The position numbers and the translations under genes were made by a program. Shown piece by piece: positions 48,957 through 58,889 of a DNA stretch of 64,000 nucleotides (within the stretch, counting starts at the first letter, position 1; each line of letters opens with the position of its first letter). The notes under the pieces are model-generated. The model was given only the letters and a program-made list of their open reading frames with translations, was not told the DNA's origin and searched no databases. Source of the DNA: a bacterium (GTDB lineage Bacteria; Electryoneota; Electryoneia; Electryoneales; Electryoneaceae); NCBI GenBank assembly GCA_019912845.1, contig JAIOHU010000194.1, positions 38,603-102,602 of the forward strand, read 5' to 3'.

Positions 48957-51056
48957 CTAATTGAATAGCAGCCAGCGCACTCCCCAGATTTCATCACGGT
49001 GTGTATATGGGAAACCGGGAATGGGTTCGTAGTAGGCACTCAGGAGATTGTTTGTACCCCAGTAAACTTCGAAGTTGGAGATTGTAACACTCGCAAGTCC
49101 ATTGAGGAAGATTTTTGATTCCTGAAAAATTGCACTTTCCGTAATATCCAGGGAACGGTAAGTATAGCTATCCCAGTAATTTGCAGTAAATGACGCCTTT
49201 ACAAGCAAATGTCCGTCGAAAAAGTGATCGTTATATCGTGCACTGCCCCAGCCCCAGTTTGAAGGAATCGCAGTATCATCTCGTTTCAGATTACTCCATG
49301 TATAGGCACCAGCCAGCGAGAAGGGTCCCCATAGGTCTAGCCAGCCATCAGCGGTTACTTCCAACCCTTGAATATCCTTGTCCTGATATGCTGTCCAGGT
49401 ATTGTCCTCAAGTTGCCGATAACGGATTGGCGATAAATACTGCCGTTGACCAAGCATAATTCGGATAGACCGATCCTGCTTTTGACGATATATACTTCCG
49501 GCACCGAGAAAAATCCCGCCGACAGGAAGAAGGTCGGGATTTCCCTCGTATACGCTTGATGAATCTGGAACGTATAAGGGTTCAAGAGTACGTGGGGGTG
49601 AATGCAAAGCCCAGTAACCGTAGCTTTCATCCAGTCCCGGCAACCTCCACCCCATGTTCGCGCTGCCAAGAAGTGCGAATCCGAGACTGTCACCATACTC
49701 GATATTCATGGTAAAAGCGGGACGTCCGATCAGAGGAGTCTCCCGTGAATCACGCTGATCATTTGAGCGGCTTATTTCCGCCCGAAGCATCGTGGTGTAA
49801 GATAATTTTTCATACCGAGCATTGTTTCCGACGCTCATACCCAGTTGATCACGTTCTCCTTTTGGTTCAACTTTTTTCGGTAGTTCGCCAAAACGTGCGC
49901 CAGATTTCGCGAGATCAAGCTGGAGATAGCTGCGGTTTTGTTTCCAACTTTTTTCTCCTCGCATTCTGCCACCAAGCTGGAAGCCATCCTCACCTCGATA
50001 ATAATAGCCTCGGTTATTACGAGTATACCAGGCTGCAATCTCATAGTAGGTGGAATCGTTCTGTAGCCCACTCCTCCAGATGAGGTCGAGGTCATTACGG
50101 TGAATGCTATTTGCATTGTTGGTGTAGGGACGACCATAATCGAGTCGAGTCTGCATCCAGTAGGCTCCAAATCGCCCAAAATTGCCCATGTTCTGTTCAC
50201 CGCCCAGACGCAACAGACTCGTGTTGGCATACGAATTCAAACGATAGCCTTCGTACTCCCCGATGTTTACACCGAGGTGGTAACGAAATGCGGGAGTTAA
50301 CGATTGCGCGATGCGCCAGTCTGCATGACCCAGACCGTAAAAACCTTGACGGTGTACGATACGTGCTTCAGGTATAACAGGATATTGCTGTGGAGTATGT
50401 AAGGTATAAGCAGGACCAGAGGTCATCCAACCTGCGGGATGATTTCCTTGAAACAAATCAACAGTTTCAAGCTCCTCCGGTGCGAAGGCACTAAGGTCTG
50501 CGCTTCCGGTAATCGGATCAAGATAGGGTCGCCCGCGATAGACAAAGGCGACATCCCGTGCACTCATTCCCGGTGGGATCATGTACGCGGGTTGGGCATA
50601 TAGTGCCGGACTGTATGGATAGGCACCCGGCAATATTGATATGATATCACCAACATCTTTGTAGCCCTGACGTGTCCATGATTTACGATCGAGGCGTATT
50701 CCAGCAGTTACGACAGGTGGCAGGGGAAGTGTATCCAGCACAAGAATAACTTCAGGAAGGTGACCTCTATGTTCACTTACGAGGGAACTGTCTGCGACCA
50801 GAGTGGAGTCCGAGATAACTGGGTTCAGTGAATCGGGGAGTGTATCCAGAGAATCGCTGCGTACGCTGTCCGGTTGCACCGGGTTCACTATAAGCGAATC
50901 GGGATTTTCCTGCCCGAACCCGCATGTTGCGACGAACAGGATTGCCAGTATCAGCAGGCTGAGATCGCGAAAACTGAAAACGATCTTGCACGAACCGTTT
51001 GAAGAGAACTTTTCTGTTCTTTGTTTCAGATTTATCTGTTCAACCATTATAAGCAC
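48957..51056 (-). CDS. Outer-membrane protein, TonB-dependent-receptor-like (plug-like segment plus beta-barrel), hypothetical
   Basis: Signal peptide/anchor. Plug-like segment (DVGDIISILPGAY...ELETVDLFQGN). Long beta-rich region. C-terminal RWLLFN. Confidence 0.45.
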   Translation of the reverse strand: MLIMVEQINLKQRTEKFSSNGSCKIVFSFRDLSLLILAILFVATCGFGQENPDSLIVNPVQPDSVRSDSLDTLPDSLNPVISDSTLVADSSLVSEHRGHLPEVILVLDTLPLPPVVTAGIRLDRKSWTRQGYKDVGDIISILPGAYPYSPALYAQPAYMIPPGMSARDVAFVYRGRPYLDPITGSADLSAFAPEELETVDLFQGNHPAGWMTSGPAYTLHTPQQYPVIPEARIVHRQGFYGLGHADWRIAQSLTPAFRYHLGVNIGEYEGYRLNSYANTSLLRLGGEQNMGNFGRFGAYWMQTRLDYGRPYTNNANSIHRNDLDLIWRSGLQNDSTYYEIAAWYTRNNRGYYYRGEDGFQLGGRMRGEKSWKQNRSYLQLDLAKSGARFGELPKKVEPKGERDQLGMSVGNNARYEKLSYTTMLRAEISRSNDQRDSRETPLIGRPAFTMNIEYGDSLGFALLGSANMGWRLPGLDESYGYWALHSPPRTLEPLYVPDSSSVYEGNPDLLPVGGIFLGAGSIYRQKQDRSIRIMLGQRQYLSPIRYRQLEDNTWTAYQDKDIQGLEVTADGWLDLWGPFSLAGAYTWSNLKRDDTAIPSNWGWGSARYNDHFFDGHLLVKASFTANYWDSYTYRSLDITESAIFQESKIFLNGLASVTISNFEVYWGTNNLLSAYYEPIPGFPYTHRDEIWGVRWLLFN

Positions 51057-51152
51057 AATTCAAATTTACCCTGTTTGAATCATGCAAGGTAATGAATTTC
51101 AGTAACAAAATCAGTAGGACTAGATTGCTAAATTGCGATCTTCCATGAAGTG

Positions 51153-54100
51153 CTATCTTACGAGTACGATTTTCATAGATCTGCTTTCACCCTTGAAGCT
51201 CAAGGTTACGATATAGATTCCACTGACTAGATTGTTCGCTTGTTTCGTAGATTGAACCAGATATCGATTAACTCCCGCAGGGTAATGCTTTGATTCTTTG
51301 AACACAACTTGACCCTGAATATTATAGACAATCAAACTCACATCACCTTCACCAGGCAATGTGAAGGGAATTGTCACTGCTGGATTGAAAGGTTGTGGAT
51401 ATGGATTTGAGACTGTGAATTTCTCGGGCAAGTTGCTGTTGTTTGTATTCACGAGAGTAATGTGACCATAGGGATTACCGAAGTACTTTACCTGCTTACT
51501 CGTAGTTAAACTGTTACCTTCGTCATCCAGCCCACGAATGGTTACTGCTTCTCCTGTTTGTGCCCCAGTAAATTTGTCGGCGCTATTTTTTCCCCAGACA
51601 ACAAGCGGTACCAACGATTGTCCTTCCATCGGGATTGCACTACCAATCAGTTCGCCGTTCGTATTGCGCGCTTCCAGCAATGCGATACCATCCATCGATG
51701 ATTCTCCAGCCACTTCAACAAGGACAATCCATGGAATTCCCGTTGGTGAAACACCTGGCGATACTGCTGTGGGAAGAGGTTCGGCTATTGTCGTTCTTGC
51801 TAATTGTTCAGGTTGTGGATAGTTGAAGGTGATATCAGCATTGGCGAATACCATCAACCCGCGTCCTGGATGCATATCACCCAGCGTATTGATAAACCCT
51901 GGTATCCATGCCCCACCCTCAACGTCAGTTGCGATGATTATCGCACCTTCCACTTCAGCTAGAGCAGTGGAGGCATCGATGTTTTGCTGGTAAAGATGTC
52001 CCAGCCAGTTCCAGCGATTAGCAGCTAATGAATAGGTGAAATCCGTTGGTAGCTCTTCTCCTTGTACTACCCAGGCGGAAGGTTCTTCGCAGAACAATTG
52101 ATATGCCTCAGACAGGTCAACAGTACCAATGGTGTTGATACCCAATTCCGGAAGTAGAATTCCACCGTCATCATTTTGGGCGATATTAAGATTTTGAATT
52201 GATCCAAATACATCCTCCGCATTCAGGAATGCTGGTCTCACTGGGGAGGTAACCAGTTCATAAAATCTACTTCGCAATGGAAGTTCGAGTTGCTCATTAC
52301 CATGTTGACCATCCACTTCTATTGTTCTTACCGAAGCGACACGGATTTTTTCTGAGATTATTGCAAATTCTCCTGCTAAAGCAGTCTTTCTGATATTATC
52401 CCCACGTGCACGATGACCAATCATGATAGGTTCATCAGCATTTGTAACATCAAATACTTCTATTATAGTCTGATCTTGAGTAACCCATAGAGCACCGTTT
52501 TGATAGTCCAGATCAGCCACAAATGCAATGCTGGTTGGCTCAATTGTTGAACGTATCACTGGATCAGCCGGATTTGTTATGTCAATTACCCAAACGCCTT
52601 GTTGCAAGTTGCTGATATAGACTCTATCTGCTGACATGGTTATTGGACCATAAGGTCCTTCCAGTTCGAGAGATCCCACTAGCTGTGGATTCGTACGATC
52701 ATGAGTGTCATAAAGTAGAAGCCCATCTTCATCATCCAGGAAAGCAACCATCTCTCCGAACGTAGCAATTCGTCTGATGAAGGAAGGTGCCTGAATTTCT
52801 GCAATAATTTGATAACGCGGACCTGGAACAAGGTCATACACTTCTACCTGTTCTTCTGTGGATACAAACAATAACCCGTTGCCAATCGCATGTGAATGAA
52901 AAGCTTGGATTCCCCAGGAATACAATTGTTCGAGGTTATCCGGATGTGTAACATCAATTACACGCATCCGTCCGGAGTTTGACGAATACGATCCTGCGAA
53001 CAGATAATTATTGTAGTGATCAAATCCTGAAATTCTGTGATTCGTGTACCCGATTGAGTCTTGTTCCACAAGGTCCTGTGGAATTGAAATATCTATTGTT
53101 CGAATCGCATGGGTTTGATAGTCGTGCAAAAAAGCATAATTACCGATAATATCAATTTCCTTGACCAATCCAACTGTCAAATAACTTCCTGCAACTTGTG
53201 GATTATCCGGTGCTGTATAGTCGATCACATATAATCCAAAAGGACCTGAACCGTCCCAGAAGGCGAAATAAGCGTAACCATCCTTTGCCACAACACCTTC
53301 CCAGTAGGGACGGTAATATTCCTGATTTTCGAGCATTCCAATCAGGTTTACTGTTGGAGGCTCTGAGATGTTGACAACTGATATCTGGTGAGGTCCATCA
53401 GAAATGATCCCCATAGGATAGTCGATGGCCATCCCAAGTGCATGATGAGGATCATAACCTCCAATTCCAACTAAACTGATATTGGCAGGATCAGACACAT
53501 CAAATATCTGAACATCATCATCAGTTACATAAAGTAAATCATTGTGAAGTAATACTTCACAGGCATGACCAAGCGTTGCATTAATACTCGCAATTTCCAC
53601 AGGTGCATTAATTTCGGATATATCGTATACAAACAGATCACCATCCGTTGCTACATACAGATAAGGATAATCTGTTAGTAGTTCTGTCTGGCGACTCTCA
53701 GCTATCCTTCTATTGACAACAAGTTGAGGTACAGCGGGGACACTCACGTCATAAATTACTAAACCATCTTCGTAGGTAATCGCATAGTTTTCCCAGAGAT
53801 TTATATCCTTGATCCACGATACACTCTCAGGACCACGAAAGACATTTACAGGGTCATAGGGATTGCTGATATCGAATATCTCCAGACGGGACGAAACCAC
53901 ATAAAGCCATGGGAAATCAACTACAGGCGAACAGAAACCAGCTGCATTCTCTGTAAAAGCCACACTGATCCCGGAAGGATTTTCAGGATCACTTACATCG
54001 TAAAGATAAACATTTTCACCATGACCACCCTGGTATACGATTGTATCATTTTTCGTGATGTCATAAGTTCTATAGATACTGAAGAGTAAAGCATCAACTG

Positions 54101-54188
54101 TTGGTATATCCGGTTGTGCGTTACCAGGCAAAGGGAATAAAAGAGTGATATAGATAGACACGACCAAAATATTAAGAAGTATTTTCAT
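51153..54188 (-). CDS. T9SS cargo protein (~1011 aa): LVIVD propeller region, shared non-propeller domain, T9SS C-terminal domain
   Basis: Signal peptide (MKILLNILVVSIYITLLFPLPGNAQ) and LVIVD-type repeats. The middle domain is homologous to the C-terminal half of the 19778-21919 protein. C-terminal domain NPYPQPFNPAVTIPFTLPGEGDVSLIVYNIQGQ...KIVLVR. Confidence 0.8.
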   Translation of the reverse strand: MKILLNILVVSIYITLLFPLPGNAQPDIPTVDALLFSIYRTYDITKNDTIVYQGGHGENVYLYDVSDPENPSGISVAFTENAAGFCSPVVDFPWLYVVSSRLEIFDISNPYDPVNVFRGPESVSWIKDINLWENYAITYEDGLVIYDVSVPAVPQLVVNRRIAESRQTELLTDYPYLYVATDGDLFVYDISEINAPVEIASINATLGHACEVLLHNDLLYVTDDDVQIFDVSDPANISLVGIGGYDPHHALGMAIDYPMGIISDGPHQISVVNISEPPTVNLIGMLENQEYYRPYWEGVVAKDGYAYFAFWDGSGPFGLYVIDYTAPDNPQVAGSYLTVGLVKEIDIIGNYAFLHDYQTHAIRTIDISIPQDLVEQDSIGYTNHRISGFDHYNNYLFAGSYSSNSGRMRVIDVTHPDNLEQLYSWGIQAFHSHAIGNGLLFVSTEEQVEVYDLVPGPRYQIIAEIQAPSFIRRIATFGEMVAFLDDEDGLLLYDTHDRTNPQLVGSLELEGPYGPITMSADRVYISNLQQGVWVIDITNPADPVIRSTIEPTSIAFVADLDYQNGALWVTQDQTIIEVFDVTNADEPIMIGHRARGDNIRKTALAGEFAIISEKIRVASVRTIEVDGQHGNEQLELPLRSRFYELVTSPVRPAFLNAEDVFGSIQNLNIAQNDDGGILLPELGINTIGTVDLSEAYQLFCEEPSAWVVQGEELPTDFTYSLAANRWNWLGHLYQQNIDASTALAEVEGAIIIATDVEGGAWIPGFINTLGDMHPGRGLMVFANADITFNYPQPEQLARTTIAEPLPTAVSPGVSPTGIPWIVLVEVAGESSMDGIALLEARNTNGELIGSAIPMEGQSLVPLVVWGKNSADKFTGAQTGEAVTIRGLDDEGNSLTTSKQVKYFGNPYGHITLVNTNNSNLPEKFTVSNPYPQPFNPAVTIPFTLPGEGDVSLIVYNIQGQVVFKESKHYPAGVNRYLVQSTKQANNLVSGIYIVTLSFKGESRSMKIVLVR

Positions 54189-54399
54189 GTCCGAATCCTC
54201 TAAGTAGCAAGAGTTGGTCAAGGTGCGACTTACATCAGATTACATTATTAGCAATCAGTTTGCAAATGAATTCATGTCACTTTCTAAAAATCTCGCAAGA
54301 AGTCTCTCAGGGAAAGGACGCCAGGTGAGGAAAATACTGGATTTCCCCTTGAGAAAATCAAAAAAATAACGATACCTTTAGCGTTTGGAATTTGTGGAC

Positions 54400-54432
54400 T
54401 AAAATCGCATATTCAAGTGCGATTTTCTTTTT
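54400..54432. terminator. Hairpin plus T-run immediately upstream of prfA (terminator or attenuator-like)
   Basis: AAAATCGCA-tattcaagt-GCGATTTT followed by CTTTTTG. Confidence 0.3.
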
Positions 54433-54456
54433 GTGGTTATTGAGGAATTAGAGATA

Positions 54457-55536
54457 ATGAATCAGGAATTAATAGATAAGCAGGTTATCGTTGCGAACTC
54501 ACGTCTCGCTGACGTTGAAATAAAAATGTCCGATCCCGAAGTCGTTACAGACCGTCAGGCGATGACCGATTTGGGACGAGAGCATCGTCGCCTTCGGACG
54601 ATCATTCAAGCTGCTGAAAAAGTTACCGAACTGGACGAACACCTTCAGCAATCGCGTGAATTATTGAATGAAGAGGATCAGGAAATACGTGATCTGGCAC
54701 AGGTTGAAATTGATGAGCTGACCCCACAACTGGAACGTGCTCACAACGATCTTCAACTCGCACTTATTCCGCAGGCAACAGAAGACACCCGAGACGCGAT
54801 TATCGAAATTCGTGCAGGAACTGGCGGTCAGGAAGCAGCGATCTTCGCTGGCGATTTATTCAAAATGTATCAGCGATTTGCGGAAACAAAAGGCTGGCGT
54901 CTCGAAGAGCTAAGTTCACATCCCAGTGAAATGGGTGGGTTCAAGGAGGTTGTCTTTGCGGTAAGAGGTGATGAAGCGTATGGTATTCTGAAATACGAGG
55001 GTGGAGTCCATCGTGTTCAACGAGTCCCTGAAACCGAATCACAGGGACGGATTCATACTTCTGCAGCAAGTGTTGCAGTTTTACCGGAAGCTGAAGAAGT
55101 TGATGTGGAAATTGATCCTAATGATCTCCGTATCGATGTTTATCGCAGTAGCGGACCAGGGGGTCAGTCTGTGAATACTACTGATTCTGCGGTTCGTATT
55201 ACTCATGTTCCCACCGGTCTTGTGGTTACCTGCCAGGATGAAAAGAGCCAGCATAAGAATAAAGCAAAAGCGTTAAGGGTGTTACGTGCGCGTCTCTATG
55301 AACAGGCACTGGAGGAGGAACGTGCGAAAAGATCAGCCAGCCGTAAAAGCCTGGTGGGCAGCGGTGACCGTAGTGCAAAAATAAGAACATATAATTTCCC
55401 GCAGGGACGCGTGACTGATCACCGTATCAATCTCACCCTTTACCGTTTAAATGAAATCCTTAATGGCAGTGTGGATGAAGTTCTTGAAGCATTACAACTT
55501 GCTGAGGCTGAAGAAAGACTGAAGGATATCGAGTAA
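54457..55536 (+). CDS. prfA: Peptide chain release factor 1
   Basis: GGQ motif ([18 protein letters not shown]). RF1-type [14 protein letters not shown] segment. GAGG ribosome-binding site before the ATG at 54457. Confidence 0.9.
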   Translation: MNQELIDKQVIVANSRLADVEIKMSDPEVVTDRQAMTDLGREHRRLRTIIQAAEKVTELDEHLQQSRELLNEEDQEIRDLAQVEIDELTPQLERAHNDLQLALIPQATEDTRDAIIEIRAGTGGQEAAIFAGDLFKMYQRFAETKGWRLEELSSHPSEMGGFKEVVFAVRGDEAYGILKYEGGVHRVQRVPETESQGRIHTSAASVAVLPEAEEVDVEIDPNDLRIDVYRSSGPGGQSVNTTDSAVRITHVPTGLVVTCQDEKSQHKNKAKALRVLRARLYEQALEEERAKRSASRKSLVGSGDRSAKIRTYNFPQGRVTDHRINLTLYRLNEILNGSVDEVLEALQLAEAEERLKDIE

Positions 55537-55628
55537 AGTTTATCTCTTTGATCTCTGGTGGAAGTCGAAGTGAGTTATCCGTAACACTTGTAAAAGCGAT
55601 AAATCGTAACCCCATATATCTAGAAAAA

Positions 55629-56567
55629 ATGAATCCTGTTCCCTTGCAATCCTCGCCCAAAAAATTAATCGATTTCCTTCAACTCAGTGCGGAGTATCTG
55701 CAGCAAAAAGGGATAGAATCCGCACGTCTGGAAGCTGAACTCCTGCTCGCTGATTTGCTCGGTTGTAAAAGAATAGACCTCTATCTTGATTTTAATCGTC
55801 CCCTGACAAAACTAGAAAGAGAGAATCTCAGAGATCGGATAGCAAGACGAGGCAGACAAATTCCACTGCAATATATAACCGGAAAAACAGACTTTTTTGG
55901 AAGAAATTTTCTCTGCCGTGAGGGGGTTTTCATCCCTCGACCAGAGACCGAACGTCTCATAGAGATTGCGAAAGAAGCAGGCAAGAATAAACGATTCAAG
56001 CGAGTGCTTGAGGTCGGTAGCGGTACTGGGGTTATCGGGCTGACATTGCTGCATGAAAATATCGCAGAGATGGTTATTGCTATTGATATTTCAGAGAAGG
56101 CTTTCAAATTATCCGCCGAAAATGCGGAACACACTGGACTGATTCCAGTTTATAATGATGAAGCTAAAGTGGTGTTTGAATCTGCTGATGACTCAATCAG
56201 TAAATTTCAATATGAATTGCAGCATACTGGTCTGGATCATTTCGTAAGAACGTATAACTCTGAAAAATTTGACCTGATCATCTCGAATCCACCTTATATT
56301 GCAACTTCAGAGGCGCACTCATTACCAGAAACAGTGCGAAAGTTTGAACCGGACGAAGCTTTATTCAGCGGGGCAGATGGACTTGATTTTTACCGGAGCC
56401 TAAGGAGCGTGTTGCAGAATTTGCTTTACACACCTGGAGTATTCCTGGGGGAAATCGGCGAAAAACAAGGCGATTCTGTTCAGTCGATTTTCAGATCTCT
56501 TGGAAATACAACTATTCATCAAGATTACAATGATCGTGATCGTATTTTAATGCTTGATTTACTCTAA
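55629..56567 (+). CDS. prmC: Release factor glutamine N5-methyltransferase PrmC/HemK
   Basis: Class I SAM-methyltransferase motifs (VLEVGSGTGVIGL) and the NPPY motif (ISNPPYI). Lies directly downstream of prfA. Confidence 0.8.
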   Translation: MNPVPLQSSPKKLIDFLQLSAEYLQQKGIESARLEAELLLADLLGCKRIDLYLDFNRPLTKLERENLRDRIARRGRQIPLQYITGKTDFFGRNFLCREGVFIPRPETERLIEIAKEAGKNKRFKRVLEVGSGTGVIGLTLLHENIAEMVIAIDISEKAFKLSAENAEHTGLIPVYNDEAKVVFESADDSISKFQYELQHTGLDHFVRTYNSEKFDLIISNPPYIATSEAHSLPETVRKFEPDEALFSGADGLDFYRSLRSVLQNLLYTPGVFLGEIGEKQGDSVQSIFRSLGNTTIHQDYNDRDRILMLDLL

Positions 56568-56582
56568 AATTGATCGTTCAAA

Positions 56583-57182
56583 ATGAAAAATATAACAATC
56601 GTATTGTATATATCATTCCTTTTCATATTCTTGTGCTGCTGGGCAGGTTGCTCGGAAAACGAGCAGTCGAAAGAAGAAGTGGGAGTTATAGAAACATCAT
56701 TGGGTGAAATTGTTCTGCGATTTTACCCCGAATCTGCACCAATGCATGTTGAACGTGTGAAGGCTATAATTGCTTCGGGCGAATATAATAATGTGCAGTT
56801 CCATCGTGTGATTCCCGGTTTTGTGGTACAGGCGGGCGACCCTACAACAGCCGATTCAAAAACTCAGAGACGTGAATATGGAAAAAATGGTACGGGTGTT
56901 ACGCTCCCTGCTGAATTCAATGAATTAAAACATCTACCTGGAAGAGTTGGAATGGCAAGGGGAGATCATGATATCAATTCCGCAGACAGCCAGTGGTATA
57001 TCTGTCTTGATACCCTCGCACATCTGGATGGACGATATACGATCTTTGCTGAAGTGATAGAGGGAATGGATGTAGTCCATAAGATCGCGTCCGTAGAAAC
57101 CGATGCACATGATATTCCTTTGGAACCGGTGCGAATAAATTCTGTAAAGTTAAGTAGTTACAAAGATGCAGTGGGCGAATGA
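56583..57182 (+). CDS. Cyclophilin-type peptidyl-prolyl cis-trans isomerase, probable lipoprotein
   Basis: FHRVIPGFVVQAGDPT and later cyclophilin signature residues. Signal peptide with lipobox (WAGCS). Confidence 0.8.
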   Translation: MKNITIVLYISFLFIFLCCWAGCSENEQSKEEVGVIETSLGEIVLRFYPESAPMHVERVKAIIASGEYNNVQFHRVIPGFVVQAGDPTTADSKTQRREYGKNGTGVTLPAEFNELKHLPGRVGMARGDHDINSADSQWYICLDTLAHLDGRYTIFAEVIEGMDVVHKIASVETDAHDIPLEPVRINSVKLSSYKDAVGE

Positions 57183-58825
57183 AAAAAGTTTTCTCACATC
57201 CAACCTCTAACTATTTGCTTACCTATAATCAAAAAACTGTTTATGGTGTCGTCTTCTATTGCCTGTTCATTCTGCTTCAATTTGCTCCAAATCCTGCATT
57301 TTCAACACTTATTCAAGTTGTGGATAATCGCGCAATCGTGGAGTATGGCGATCATAATCGTGGAGATCATTTTCAGGATACACTCACCTTCTTCCAAGAT
57401 TCTGAAAGTGAAAGGATTCTGATTCGCCCCATCGATGCTGAGGTTACTTGTGATTGCATAACGGTTGATGTTCGTCCTGATTCCAGTAAAACCTATCCGA
57501 ATGGTTACCTTCTGCTGAATTTTGACGTATTGCAAGAGGAACCGGATGGTCTTTGCGAGAAAATCGTCTATGTGTTTCATGATGGCGAGGAAAGTGATCT
57601 TTTCAGATTAACCGTGACAGTCAATGTGCTTCCTGGTGGAGAAAAACCATCTCAATCTTCCAGTAATAAGCTCACTTCTCCCCCTAAAAAAGACACAAAT
57701 TTTAGCGAACAATATTCTTCTATCTCTCGAATCTATTCACCTTCTGATGCCTTGAAGATTCTATTCTTCTACTCTCCCGGATGCCAGAGTTGTCAACGAG
57801 TTAAAGATATTGTACTGCCAGAACTGACAAACAAATATGCAGAGAAAATTGATATTATCCAGATCAGCATTGATGAAACAGATGGATATGCCCTACTTCT
57901 TGCCATGCGTGAACAATATGGCGTAAGCAATCGTCACAGTCCTTTCACTATGTTTATTGGGGAAGAAGCAATCCAGGGCAGGAAGGATCTGTTTGAACGT
58001 GCAGATCGGGCTGTTCAAGTATCACTGACAAACCGAATACAAACTATCATTCCCCAAATGAAAGAAAGCTCTGAGATTAAGACACGACGAGCATTTCAGT
58101 CATTTTCATTCTGGGCTGTGCTGGGTGCGGGTTTGATTGACGGGCTAAACCCCTGCGCATTCGCGACCATTGTATTCTTCATCAGTTTGCTGGGGTATGC
58201 CGGCTCTACCAAACGTCAAATGATGATTGTCGGCATCGGTTTTACGATTTCTGTATTTGCGGTCTATCTATTGTTGGGGCTTGGTGCTTTCCGGGCATTG
58301 CAAGCACTGTCAATTTATGGTTTCATCTCTAAAAGTATCTACTTTCTCACTTTCCTCCTCCTCGTTATACTATTTGTTCTCGCACTGCGTGATACAATTC
58401 GTTACTACCAGACAGGCGGTCGCACCGATGATCAGATATTACAGTTAGGGAAAAAAACCAAGCGTCGTATTCACAGTGTGATGCGAAAGGGGATAAAAAC
58501 TCAGAACCTGCTTCTCGGAGCAATCTCAATCGGTGCGCTTGTTTCACTATTTGAGGCTGCATGCACCGGGCAGGTTTATCTCCCAACCATTGTACTGATG
58601 CTCAACGATCCTATCCTGAGCGGGAATGCGTTACTTTACCTGGTGCTCTATAACGTGATGTTCATCACGCCCTTGATTGTGGTTTTCCTACTAGCATACT
58701 TTGGAGTTGCCTCGGAAAGATTTGCAGAGTGGAGTCGAGAACATTTTGGGGTTACACGCATTGCCTTAACCGGATTGTTTCTCTTACTCGGTATACTGAT
58801 GGCGTACGAATGGCTCCAAATTTGA
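57179..58825 (+). CDS. DsbD/CcdA-like thiol:disulfide reductase with N-terminal domain and CxxC thioredoxin fold preceding the transmembrane core
   Basis: Signal peptide. ~170 aa N-terminal domain. Thioredoxin-like FFYSPGCQSCQRVK motif. Multi-pass transmembrane region with a GLIDGLNPCAFATIVFF motif typical of CcdA/DsbD beta domain, and a second Cys (FEAACTGQVYLP). 4 nt overlap with the upstream PPIase gene. Confidence 0.6.
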   Translation: MKKVFSHPTSNYLLTYNQKTVYGVVFYCLFILLQFAPNPAFSTLIQVVDNRAIVEYGDHNRGDHFQDTLTFFQDSESERILIRPIDAEVTCDCITVDVRPDSSKTYPNGYLLLNFDVLQEEPDGLCEKIVYVFHDGEESDLFRLTVTVNVLPGGEKPSQSSSNKLTSPPKKDTNFSEQYSSISRIYSPSDALKILFFYSPGCQSCQRVKDIVLPELTNKYAEKIDIIQISIDETDGYALLLAMREQYGVSNRHSPFTMFIGEEAIQGRKDLFERADRAVQVSLTNRIQTIIPQMKESSEIKTRRAFQSFSFWAVLGAGLIDGLNPCAFATIVFFISLLGYAGSTKRQMMIVGIGFTISVFAVYLLLGLGAFRALQALSIYGFISKSIYFLTFLLLVILFVLALRDTIRYYQTGGRTDDQILQLGKKTKRRIHSVMRKGIKTQNLLLGAISIGALVSLFEAACTGQVYLPTIVLMLNDPILSGNALLYLVLYNVMFITPLIVVFLLAYFGVASERFAEWSREHFGVTRIALTGLFLLLGILMAYEWLQI

Positions 58826-58889
58826 TTGTGCGATTGTCTGTACCCATGAGAAATCCTTAATCCATCAACATATTTCTGATTTAGAACAA

